A DNA stretch of 61,121 nt from Syntrophaceae bacterium UBA1411 (GTDB lineage: Bacteria > Desulfobacterota > Syntrophia > Syntrophales > Smithellaceae), in NCBI GenBank assembly GCA_002304995.1, contig DBPV01000097.1, positions 7,434-68,554 on the forward strand. Direction: 5' to 3'. The position numbers were made by a program, and so were the translations under genes. A model generated the notes under the pieces. That model did not search any database. It was given only the letters and a program-made list of their open reading frames with translations, and had not been told where the DNA came from. Each line of letters opens with the position of its first letter. The first letter of the stretch is position 1. Positions 54,202-61,121 of the stretch are shown piece after piece.

Positions 54202-55845
54202 CCATAGCGGATATGCCGGGTCGTACATCTGGGCCTTGATGTAGCCCGGAAGATTGACCGGTTCCTTCATTTTCGTCAGTTTCCGGGCGAAGGCTACTTT
54301 GGCCACGGCCAGCGCAATGGCGGCCGAAACGTCGCGGATGCGGCCAAGCGAGGGGAAAATCCGCCCTTTTTCGAAATCTTCTTTCGAGACCTGCTCGTCC
54401 AGAGATTTGGCGGCGGCCGAAAACATTTCATCCGTGACGCGCGCGGCCTGCGCCGCCATGACTCCCAAACCGACGCCGGGGAAGATGTAAACATTGTTGG
54501 CCTGTCCGGGGATAAATGTCCGGCCGTCCAGTTCGACTTTCGGAAACGGACTGCCGCTGGCGAAGACGGCGCGCCCGTTCGTATGGCGGTAAGCGTCCTC
54601 GGCCGTGCATTCGGCCTGCGAGGTCGGATTGGAAAGGGCAAAGACAATCGGGCGGTCGTTTAACCGCGCCATCGCCGCGAGAATCTCCGGCGTAAACGTC
54701 GCGGGCTGGCCGGACGCGCCGATGATGGCCGTAGGCCGGATCGCTTCCACAACCTCCGGCAGATTCCGGTGGAAGGGCAAATCGTGCGCAAAACGGCGCT
54801 TGTGTTCCTCCAGATCCGTCCGGCAGGCGACCACCAGACCCCTGGAATCGACAAACCAGCAGCGGCCGATGGCTTCTTCTTCAGTGAGCCCCTGAGCCAT
54901 CATTGCCTTGGCCACAAGACTTCCGATTCCCAGCGCCGCCTCGCCTGCGCCCAGAAAGACAATCCTCTGCCCGGTGATTTTGCCTTGAATCATCCTGAGC
55001 GCGGAATAGAGCCCGCCCAGCGTAACGCCGGCGGTCCCCTGAATGTCGTCGTCGAACATGCAGTACCGGTCGCGGTAACGCGCCAGCAGCCGGAAGGCGT
55101 TTTTATTGCCGAAGTCTTCGAGCTGAATCATGACATTGGGAAACACGGCGCTTGCCGCTTCCATGAATTCGTCCAGAAGCGAGTCGTAGTCGTCGCCGTC
55201 GAGGCGGGGTTCCGGAAGGCCGACATACTGGGGATCGCTCCACAATTCGCTGTTGTTGGTCCCGACATCGATCATGACGGGCAGACAGGCCGCCGGATCG
55301 ATGCCCGCGCAGGCGGTGTATAAAGACAGCTTTCCCACCGGGATGCCCATGCCGTTGGTGCCCAGGTCACCCAGCCCCAGAATGCGTTCGCCGTCGGTCA
55401 CCACGATCACCCGGACGTTTTTGCACGGCCAGTTTTGCAGCACCTCCCGGATATGGCCCCGGTCGTAGCGCGTAATGAACAATCCGCGCGGACGGCGGTA
55501 AAGGTGGCTGTATTCCTGGCAGGCCAGTCCCACGGTCGGCGTGTAGACGATCGGGCTCAGCTCTTCGAGATTTTCCACCAGCGTTTTGTAATACAGCCGC
55601 TCGTTGCGGTCCTGCAATCCGATCAGGTAGAGATACTTTTCCAGATTGTTGGGTTTGCGGCGCACGTTGTACATGACGTGCTGAATCTGCTGCTCCTGGG
55701 TCGAAATGCGCGGCGGCAGCAGTCCGTGCAGGCCCAGCGCGTCGCGCTCGGCCGCCGTAAACGCGGTCCCCTTATTGAGACTGGGATCGTGGAGGATTTC
55801 GACGCCTCGCAGCAAATGATCGTGGCAGCCGTCATTCATTTTCAT
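54199..55845 (-). CDS. maeA: NAD(P)-dependent malic enzyme (large MaeA/SfcA-type)
   Basis: NKGTAF, LQDRNERLYY, VYTPTVG, VTDGERILGLGDLG, QLEDF, DDIQGT, GAGEA, LSNPT, GQANNVYIFPG. Start set at MKMND to avoid overlap. Confidence 0.92.
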   Translation of the reverse strand: MKMNDGCHDHLLRGVEILHDPSLNKGTAFTAAERDALGLHGLLPPRISTQEQQIQHVMYNVRRKPNNLEKYLYLIGLQDRNERLYYKTLVENLEELSPIVYTPTVGLACQEYSHLYRRPRGLFITRYDRGHIREVLQNWPCKNVRVIVVTDGERILGLGDLGTNGMGIPVGKLSLYTACAGIDPAACLPVMIDVGTNNSELWSDPQYVGLPEPRLDGDDYDSLLDEFMEAASAVFPNVMIQLEDFGNKNAFRLLARYRDRYCMFDDDIQGTAGVTLGGLYSALRMIQGKITGQRIVFLGAGEAALGIGSLVAKAMMAQGLTEEEAIGRCWFVDSRGLVVACRTDLEEHKRRFAHDLPFHRNLPEVVEAIRPTAIIGASGQPATFTPEILAAMARLNDRPIVFALSNPTSQAECTAEDAYRHTNGRAVFASGSPFPKVELDGRTFIPGQANNVYIFPGVGLGVMAAQAARVTDEMFSAAAKSLDEQVSKEDFEKGRIFPSLGRIRDVSAAIALAVAKVAFARKLTKMKEPVNLPGYIKAQMYDPAYPLW

Positions 55846-55867
55846 TTTGTCCTTCTTGGATTTTCTC

Positions 55868-57292
55868 TCAGCCATTGGTCGGTGCGCTTTCCGGATCGTC
55901 AATCCCGTATTTTGCCTTCAGATATTTTTCCATGGTCTGCGGAAATAAAATCCACCCCAGCAGGTCTTCATCCGTCCTTGCCAGATCGCCCATCGCCTTT
56001 TTCGCGTCTTCGATTTCCGGCGGGAGGTGATCGGCCGGCCGTCCGGTGATGGGGGTCTGGCCCCGTTTATAATTTTTCAGTATTTTCCGGACCAGCGCTT
56101 TGTCGATGGGCGCCGGCGTCCTGCCGTACAGGCCCAGGACGAGGTCTTTGAGCTGATTGGAGATCCGGACATACCGGCCGAAAAGAACATTGAGCACCGC
56201 CTGGGAAGCGATGATCTGCGAAGACGGCGTCACCAGGGGCGGATAGCCCATGTCTTTGCGCGTCTGCACCACTTCTTGATAAATCTCATCCAGCCGGTCC
56301 AGAGCTTTCATCTCCTTAAGCTGGCTGGCCAGATTGGAAATCATGCCGCCCGGAATCTGATGCGCGAGCACGCCGTTGTCGATGATGGAAAGCCGCTGGT
56401 CCGCGAGGAGATGTTTGTATTTGGGCGCGATTTTCTCCAGGTGTTCGCTGAGCGCCAGCAGTTTTTGGAGGTCGATGCCCGCATCCCTCTGTGTCCCCTG
56501 GAGCGCCGCCACGATGGGCTCGATGGCGGGCATGGAGGTCCGGAGCGCATATGGCGCCAGGCAGGTATCGATGATATCCACGCCGGCTTCCACGGCTTTG
56601 AGGTACGTCATGCTGCCCATGCCGCTGGTGTAATGCGTATGCAGATGCAGGGGGACGCGGACGGCTTTTTTCAAAGCGGTGAAAAGCGCGAAGGCGTCAT
56701 AGGGGGAAAGCAGGCCGGCCATATCCTTGATGCAGATCGTGTCCGACCCCATCTGCTCGAGTTCCCGCGCTTTGCGGACATAATAATCGATGGTGTAGAT
56801 TTCACCGCCCAGGTGGCTCCGGGTGAGCGAGTAACAGACGGTCCCCTCCACATGCTTGCCGTTTTGCTTGATCCGCTCCACGCAGGTTTCGATGTTGCGA
56901 AAATCGTTGAGCGCGTCAAAGCAGCGGAAGATGTCGATCCCGATTTCGCAGGACTTGTCCACGAAAGCCTTGACGACGTCGTCCGCGTAGTGGCGGTAGC
57001 CGACCAGGTTCTGTCCGCGCAGCAGCATGGTAAAGGGGGTTTTCCTGACGTAGCGCTTCAGAATCCGGGGCCTCATCCACGGATCTTCGGCGAGAAAGCG
57101 GTGCATCGCGTCGAAGGTTGCGCCTCCCCAAACCTCCATGGCCCAGAAGCCGCACTGATCCATTTCTTCGGCAATGGGAATCATATCCTCTGTTTTCATG
57201 CGCGTCGCGTAAATCGACTGATGACCGTCGCGGAAAGTGTTGTCCTGAATTCGAATCGGCCGGGGGGGTGTCTTGCTTTTGCTGGGCATCAT
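55868..57292 (-). CDS. Pyruvate/oxaloacetate carboxyltransferase subunit (PycB/OadA/transcarboxylase 5S-like) without a biotinyl domain
   Basis: DNTFRDGHQS, EVWGGATFD, MLLRGQNLVGY, IKDMAG, LHTH, HQIPGGMISN, GYPPLVTPSSQI; no C-terminal EAMKM motif. Confidence 0.92.
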   Translation of the reverse strand: MMPSKSKTPPRPIRIQDNTFRDGHQSIYATRMKTEDMIPIAEEMDQCGFWAMEVWGGATFDAMHRFLAEDPWMRPRILKRYVRKTPFTMLLRGQNLVGYRHYADDVVKAFVDKSCEIGIDIFRCFDALNDFRNIETCVERIKQNGKHVEGTVCYSLTRSHLGGEIYTIDYYVRKARELEQMGSDTICIKDMAGLLSPYDAFALFTALKKAVRVPLHLHTHYTSGMGSMTYLKAVEAGVDIIDTCLAPYALRTSMPAIEPIVAALQGTQRDAGIDLQKLLALSEHLEKIAPKYKHLLADQRLSIIDNGVLAHQIPGGMISNLASQLKEMKALDRLDEIYQEVVQTRKDMGYPPLVTPSSQIIASQAVLNVLFGRYVRISNQLKDLVLGLYGRTPAPIDKALVRKILKNYKRGQTPITGRPADHLPPEIEDAKKAMGDLARTDEDLLGWILFPQTMEKYLKAKYGIDDPESAPTNG

Positions 57293-57611
57293 CTTAAAAC
57301 ATCTCAAATAAATTTCTTTATACGCCAAATCAATACCGCAAATCCACGGCAAATACCACAGCATTCCTGTGCCGCGCGGGAAGCCTCCGAAAATTACCGG
57401 GAATATTTCAGATTTGCAGGCTGCGGGCAGCGGCGGGTCTCAATGCCCGACTGTGCGGGAAGCTTTTTGCCCAAGCGGACCGGCGGCTGAGGGTGTGTTG
57501 GGCCCATGCGGTTATGATAGCCGGTCGGCAAAGGCATTTCCGCCCGCTGCATCGATATCTTCGCGATTATTGAAGACGACGTTGTGTATCGTTTGTTCAG
57601 ACCATTTCGTT

Positions 57612-58400
57612 TTACGCCAGGAGCCGGAGCATTTCCGGCGGCATGAGAAACCAGGTCGCGAGCGACCGGCCGATGATTTGTCCTTTGGCGTCGAAGAGGG
57701 CCGTTCCGGTGTACAGTTTCCTTCCGTCGCTCCCCGTGGGCCAGGCGGCGACGACGCACGGCTCGCCGCAGCGCGGGGGCTTTTCGATCCGGCCGATCAA
57801 CCGTCCTAAAAAGCCGGGCTTCGTATCCGTCAGTTCCCAGAGAGCATAGGCGCCCGGGCAGTCCAGGGCCGTCCAGAGAAATTCCGGCCGGACATAGCCC
57901 TGCTCGTCGCCATGCTCTACTGTCGGCGTCCAGGGAGCGGCAACCATGTTGGTGCCGGGAACGCGGCCGGGGTGAATCTTCAGACCTTCGCCTTCCGGCA
58001 CATCCGCGCCGCAGCAAAAACAGATGGGATGAATGCCGTGTCCGGTGACGTGGGTATAAGGCGTCGGTTTCAGGGCCAGGGAGGCTTGCGCAGCCGTGAC
58101 GGCTTCTTCATAACCGGGGGCGTCCGGCACCGATAGATCCATGATGCCCGGCATGGCCGAAATGATCATCTGCTCGCCGTCCATCAGATAATGCGTTCCG
58201 TCGTCGCCCGCGCAAAGGTGCAGTTCCCGGTCCAGCGGCGTGGGGCGTTTGATCATCACGTCGATCGCGCCGCCGATGTATTCGGCGAAGAGGCTGCAAA
58301 CGTATCCGCCGTTGGCGATGTCCGGCGGGCCTTTATATTTTGATGGAATGGTCACGCTGCTCAGCGTTTTCAGACCCGATTGATGTTTTTCCCGAGACAT
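57612..58400 (-). CDS. Double hotdog-fold thioesterase-like protein
   Basis: GPPDIANGGYVC, RPTPLD, CFCCG, ALDCPG, GRKLYTGTALFD, typical of a widespread hotdog family. Confidence 0.7.
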   Translation of the reverse strand: MSREKHQSGLKTLSSVTIPSKYKGPPDIANGGYVCSLFAEYIGGAIDVMIKRPTPLDRELHLCAGDDGTHYLMDGEQMIISAMPGIMDLSVPDAPGYEEAVTAAQASLALKPTPYTHVTGHGIHPICFCCGADVPEGEGLKIHPGRVPGTNMVAAPWTPTVEHGDEQGYVRPEFLWTALDCPGAYALWELTDTKPGFLGRLIGRIEKPPRCGEPCVVAAWPTGSDGRKLYTGTALFDAKGQIIGRSLATWFLMPPEMLRLLA

Positions 58401-58577
58401 GAGATGGTCCTGTTCCTTCCTTTTGTTTGCTGTTGCGGATCATCCCTCGCTTATCAGATTTTGTTTGTCAATAATTTTCTGAACACGTTTTGACCGCTGC
58501 ATCCTTCCGGAAAATCCAACCGTTGTCAGCCGGCGCCAAGCATATCGCCCTTTGTTCGTTCTTCGCATTATTCGCCA

Positions 58578-58765
58578 CACGATCTTGTTTCCGCCAAAGC
58601 CATGCTGGAAGCAAAACGGTATTGATATGTCGGGTTTCTTTGCCATCAAACAGTAGAGAAATGTCTGAAAGCTTATTCTGGCATCAACATCATAATGAGC
58701 CGCCATATACCCATAATCTTCCTGTGCTGTCGGAAAAAAGTGGATTATTTGTAGATCAGTGCTGA
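58578..58765 (+). pseudogene. HEPN-domain gene remnant
   Basis: HDLVSAKAMLEAKRY*YVGFLCHQTVEKCLKAY, then after a frameshift FWHQHHNEPPYTHNLPVLSEKSGL. Internal TGA at 58623-58625, one frameshift, truncated. Confidence 0.75.
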
Positions 58766-58880
58766 TTTGTTTAATATGGTTCGCGACATCAATAAAAGAA
58801 TTGAACCTGTTTTGCTCCGCCGCGCCAATGATAAAAGCGGTTTTTTAGAAAGCGTTTTGAAACAGGAAAAAGTCGTTTAC

Positions 58881-58909
58881 AAAGCGGCGCAGTAATAACG
58901 CCGCTTTTT
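58881..58909 (+). terminator. Terminator-like hairpin
   Basis: AAAGCGGCG-CAGTAATAA-CGCCGCTTT-TT. Confidence 0.5.
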
Positions 58910-59018
58910 CACAGGAGCAAATGAAAAGATATAATTGCGCACCATAACGAAACTAGGGACGCTGTTAACATTTAAACTTATTCTTGACATATTGCTAAAG
59001 AATGGCTAAGAGGAAGGC

Positions 59019-59066
59019 ATGCCGAGAAGCGCAAGAATAGACGCCGCTGATGCCGTCCATCACATA
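59019..59066 (+). mobile_element. N-terminal stub of a Y1 (REP-associated/IS200-like) tyrosine transposase
   Basis: MPRSARIDAADAVHHI resembles the MPRxARIDAPGAxHHI start of Y1_Tnp proteins; preceded by TTGACA (58984-58989) and an RBS; similarity stops abruptly. Confidence 0.5.
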
Positions 59067-59075
59067 AGGGATACA

Positions 59076-59630
59076 ATGGATAATGTTTGTCTGGTATTGG
59101 TCGATCTGCAGAACGATTACTTCCCTGGTGGAAACATGCCCCTTGTTGGGATTGAAGAGGCGGCATCGAACGCGCAACGTATGCTGAACAAATTTCGTGC
59201 GCTGAAGCTCCCTGTCATTCATGTTCAGCATGTTTCGACCCGTCCTGGAGCAACCTTCTTTCTTCGGGATACGACAGGAGTAGCAATCAATCAAACGGTA
59301 GCCCCTCACAGCCACGAAGTTGTCATTATCAAAAACTATCCCAATAGCTTCCGAGATACTTCTCTCCTCGAAACCTTGAGAGATGTGAAGAGCGAGAGCC
59401 TCATTGTCTGTGGTGCAATGACCCACATGTGTATAGACGCGACCACACGGGCTGCATTTGATCTTGGCTTCGCGTGTACGGTTAGCCACGACGCTTGCGC
59501 AACAAAGGCTCTGAAGTTTAGAGAAGTCACTGTAAAGGCATCACAAGTGCATACCGCTTTTATGGCTGCGCTATCGGGGGTTTATGCGAACGTGATATCG
59601 ACGGACGAGATTCTAAGAAAGATGCCATAA
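59076..59630 (+). CDS. Isochorismatase/cysteine hydrolase family protein (probable gene cassette)
   Basis: LVDLQNDY, IIKNYPNSF, GAMTHMCIDAT (Asp-Lys-Cys triad), DACAT; the stop codon lies inside the attC left end. Confidence 0.9.
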   Translation: MDNVCLVLVDLQNDYFPGGNMPLVGIEEAASNAQRMLNKFRALKLPVIHVQHVSTRPGATFFLRDTTGVAINQTVAPHSHEVVIIKNYPNSFRDTSLLETLRDVKSESLIVCGAMTHMCIDATTRAAFDLGFACTVSHDACATKALKFREVTVKASQVHTAFMAALSGVYANVISTDEILRKMP

Positions 59631-59681
59631 CCATGGTATGGAGCCGACGTTCTACAGCCGCGGCTCATGCCCGTGTTATAA
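59625..59681 (+). mobile_element. Integron attC recombination site
   Basis: CCATAAC (R'') ... ATGGAGCCG-ACGTTCTACAGCCG-CGGCTCAT (L boxes with an extra-helical G) ... GTTATAA (R'); 57 bp; between two co-oriented ORFs. Confidence 0.75.
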
Positions 59682-59692
59682 GAAAATAAATC

Positions 59693-60037
59693 ATGAATAA
59701 TTGGGGTATTCCAGATTGGCTTGAGAAGCACATCATTGAAAGAGATAAATGCTGTGTATATTGCGGCGTTAAGTTTGGCTCATCAACACAATCAAGAAAA
59801 ACTCAAGCCTCGTGGGAGCACATAATCAATGATGCACGAATTATAAATAAAGAAAACATTGCGCGTTGCTGTGTGGCTTGCAATTCGAGTAAGGGCACAA
59901 AGAAACTTTCTGAATGGATCAACTCAAAATATTGTAAAAATAAAGGCATAAATAAGAATACTGTAGCTCAGGTTGTTAGAAAAGCATTGAATAAAAACTT
60001 AGAGAAAAGAGGGACACGGGTAGAGAAAAGAGGGTGA
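59693..60037 (+). CDS. Small stand-alone HNH endonuclease (probable gene cassette)
   Basis: CVYCG...WEHII...ENIARCCVACNSSKG; AT-rich; ATG 11 nt after the attC. Confidence 0.85.
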   Translation: MNNWGIPDWLEKHIIERDKCCVYCGVKFGSSTQSRKTQASWEHIINDARIINKENIARCCVACNSSKGTKKLSEWINSKYCKNKGINKNTVAQVVRKALNKNLEKRGTRVEKRG

Positions 60038-60230
60038 ATGGAGAGTGAAGGGATGAAGAGAGGGACGACTGCAGAGCGGGGCACGGGTAAGAAAGTAAGT
60101 TTCTAAAGGTGACGTTCCGCAAAATATCAATTTACACTTAGCCTTTTGGGTTTTGCTCCATCATGGCCACTATTTTCAAACGAAGTTGTAAGGAGTGCAA
60201 AGAGGTACACGGGTAAAATAAAAAGTTACC
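60011..60230. repeat. Three dispersed CACGGGTA motifs and one inverted partial copy
   Basis: GGGACACGGGTA (60011), GGGCACGGGTAA (60079), GGTACACGGGTAA (60204); the last pairs with a downstream TTACCC. Confidence 0.55.
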
Positions 60231-60346
60231 CTGTCGGTATTTCTCAGTCCAATACCCGGCAACCATTTTTCGTGCAGTCAGTTTCCCTCTTTTAGGGAAA
60301 TGCTTATCGATCGCGGCGCATCTTCATTGCGTCCGGACATTTATTC

Positions 60347-60802
60347 TCATTTTTCTTGCTCCGCGACCTTGTCTTTCTCATGGTCGTCTGATGAACAGAT
60401 CATCATGCCGGATTTCTTTATAAAGTAATATGCTGCCGCCAGAGCCAAAACAATGCAGGCTAAACCGATAACTTTCACACCGTCAATATCTTCAATCTTG
60501 ATCACGACAATCTTCCGCGCAACAGCGATAATGGCGACCAGGACAACCACTTCGACGTGCATGACATTTTCCTTCAGGTAAACCTTGATGGTGTCCAGCA
60601 GCTCGATACCGATAAGCACCAGCATGAAGACGCCGAAGAGTTCCATGAGCTGATTGAGGTCTATAACGGCATAATTGGATTCGAGCACAAACTTAAAAAT
60701 ATAGTATCCCAGTTCGATGGTGGCCAGTATCAGCACAATCGTCATCAGTGCGATAAGAGAATAAATGATGACTTTTTGAATGATCCTTCCTGCCTTTTTC
60801 AT
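60347..60802 (-). CDS. Phosphate-starvation-inducible PsiE family membrane protein
   Basis: Four TM segments; FMLVLIGIELLDTIKVYL, VVVLVAIIAVARKIVV. Start re-set to ATG 60802. Confidence 0.85.
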   Translation of the reverse strand: MKKAGRIIQKVIIYSLIALMTIVLILATIELGYYIFKFVLESNYAVIDLNQLMELFGVFMLVLIGIELLDTIKVYLKENVMHVEVVVLVAIIAVARKIVVIKIEDIDGVKVIGLACIVLALAAAYYFIKKSGMMICSSDDHEKDKVAEQEK

Positions 60803-60860
60803 AAATCCCCCGATGATGATAAGATTGGCCAACGATTTACTCTTTGCTGTTTTCAGCCGG

Positions 60861-61119
60861 CTACACGACCCATTGACCGCTGCGGCGCTTGCGGGCATTG
60901 TCGAGCAGGTACTCATCGGCGGATGGGGCGGTGTCGGGATTGAAGCAGCTCCTGGCGCCGGAGGCGTCTCCCTCGTCTCCCAGGACCAGACGCTCGTTTT
61001 TCGCCACGCCCGCCAGGATCGTTTGCGCGGAGTGTGCGGGCGTTTGCGCGGTCGGCGGAGCTTCCACGCCGCCTGTCGACCAGATCGCGGTGGCCGTCGT
61101 TCCCGGCGTGGCGGAGGTA
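60861..61119 (-). CDS. C-terminal part of an unidentified protein running off the window
   Basis: Open frame from the window end to TAG 60861 (…TILAGVAKNERLVLGDEGD…SGQWVV*) with GC-rich codon usage; no family recognised. Confidence 0.45.
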   Translation of the reverse strand, partial: TSATPGTTATAIWSTGGVEAPPTAQTPAHSAQTILAGVAKNERLVLGDEGDASGARSCFNPDTAPSADEYLLDNARKRRSGQWVV

Positions 61120-61121
61120 AA

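Noticed and set aside
51822-55845. A mer operon or hgcAB mercury-methylation locus around the MerB-like gene
   Set aside because: No merR, merA, merT, merP, hgcA or hgcB motifs in the flanking ORFs.
58623-58625. In-frame TGA in the HEPN remnant as possible selenocysteine
   Set aside because: The position is not a Cys in HEPN proteins, no SECIS-like hairpin follows, and a frameshift comes soon after: pseudogene.
58400-60347. Complete integron
   Set aside because: No tyrosine recombinase (intI) ORF or identifiable attI; only one convincing attC.
1-61121. tRNA, rRNA (including selC) or tmRNA genes
   Set aside because: No cloverleaf or rRNA-like sequence recognised in the intergenic gaps by eye; a tRNAscan-SE/Aragorn run would be needed to exclude them formally.

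Overview
A GC-rich (visually ~60%) bacterial chromosomal window. The gene content (sigma54 activator, beta-oxidation genes, FdhD, N-type ATPase gamma end, Sec recoding) suggests an anaerobic Desulfobacterota/Syntrophales-like (Smithella-like) organism; this taxonomy is inference. In order: end of an N-ATPase gamma gene; cytidylate-kinase-like protein; a PAS histidine kinase lacking its phosphoacceptor His; mnmA-metY-cysK-fdhD; GT2; a TetR-controlled RND operon with two TolC genes and a PII-like gene; hybrid kinase/REC pair; rlmN-icd-aconitase; envelope genes; an orphan DUF4157 (eCIS-core) protein; and a lipid/polyester catabolic region. That region holds a secreted LCC/PETase-like hydrolase, a lipase-chaperone-like gene, a sigma54 activator and a fadA-fadB-acyl-CoA dehydrogenase operon, with both catabolic units behind clear -24/-12 promoters. 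Then come a second RND pair, malic enzyme, a pyruvate carboxyltransferase subunit and an AT-rich island (HEPN pseudogene, Y1-transposase stub, attC site, HNH gene). Top result: the ORF track splits a MerB-like (organomercurial lyase) gene at 53173-53913 (-). Two in-frame TGA codons fall at the two MerB catalytic cysteine positions, each followed by a SECIS-like hairpin, so it is probably a double-selenocysteine lyase outside any mer operon. No rRNA, tRNA or CRISPR array was recognised. All family calls come from motif recognition by eye, not database searches.
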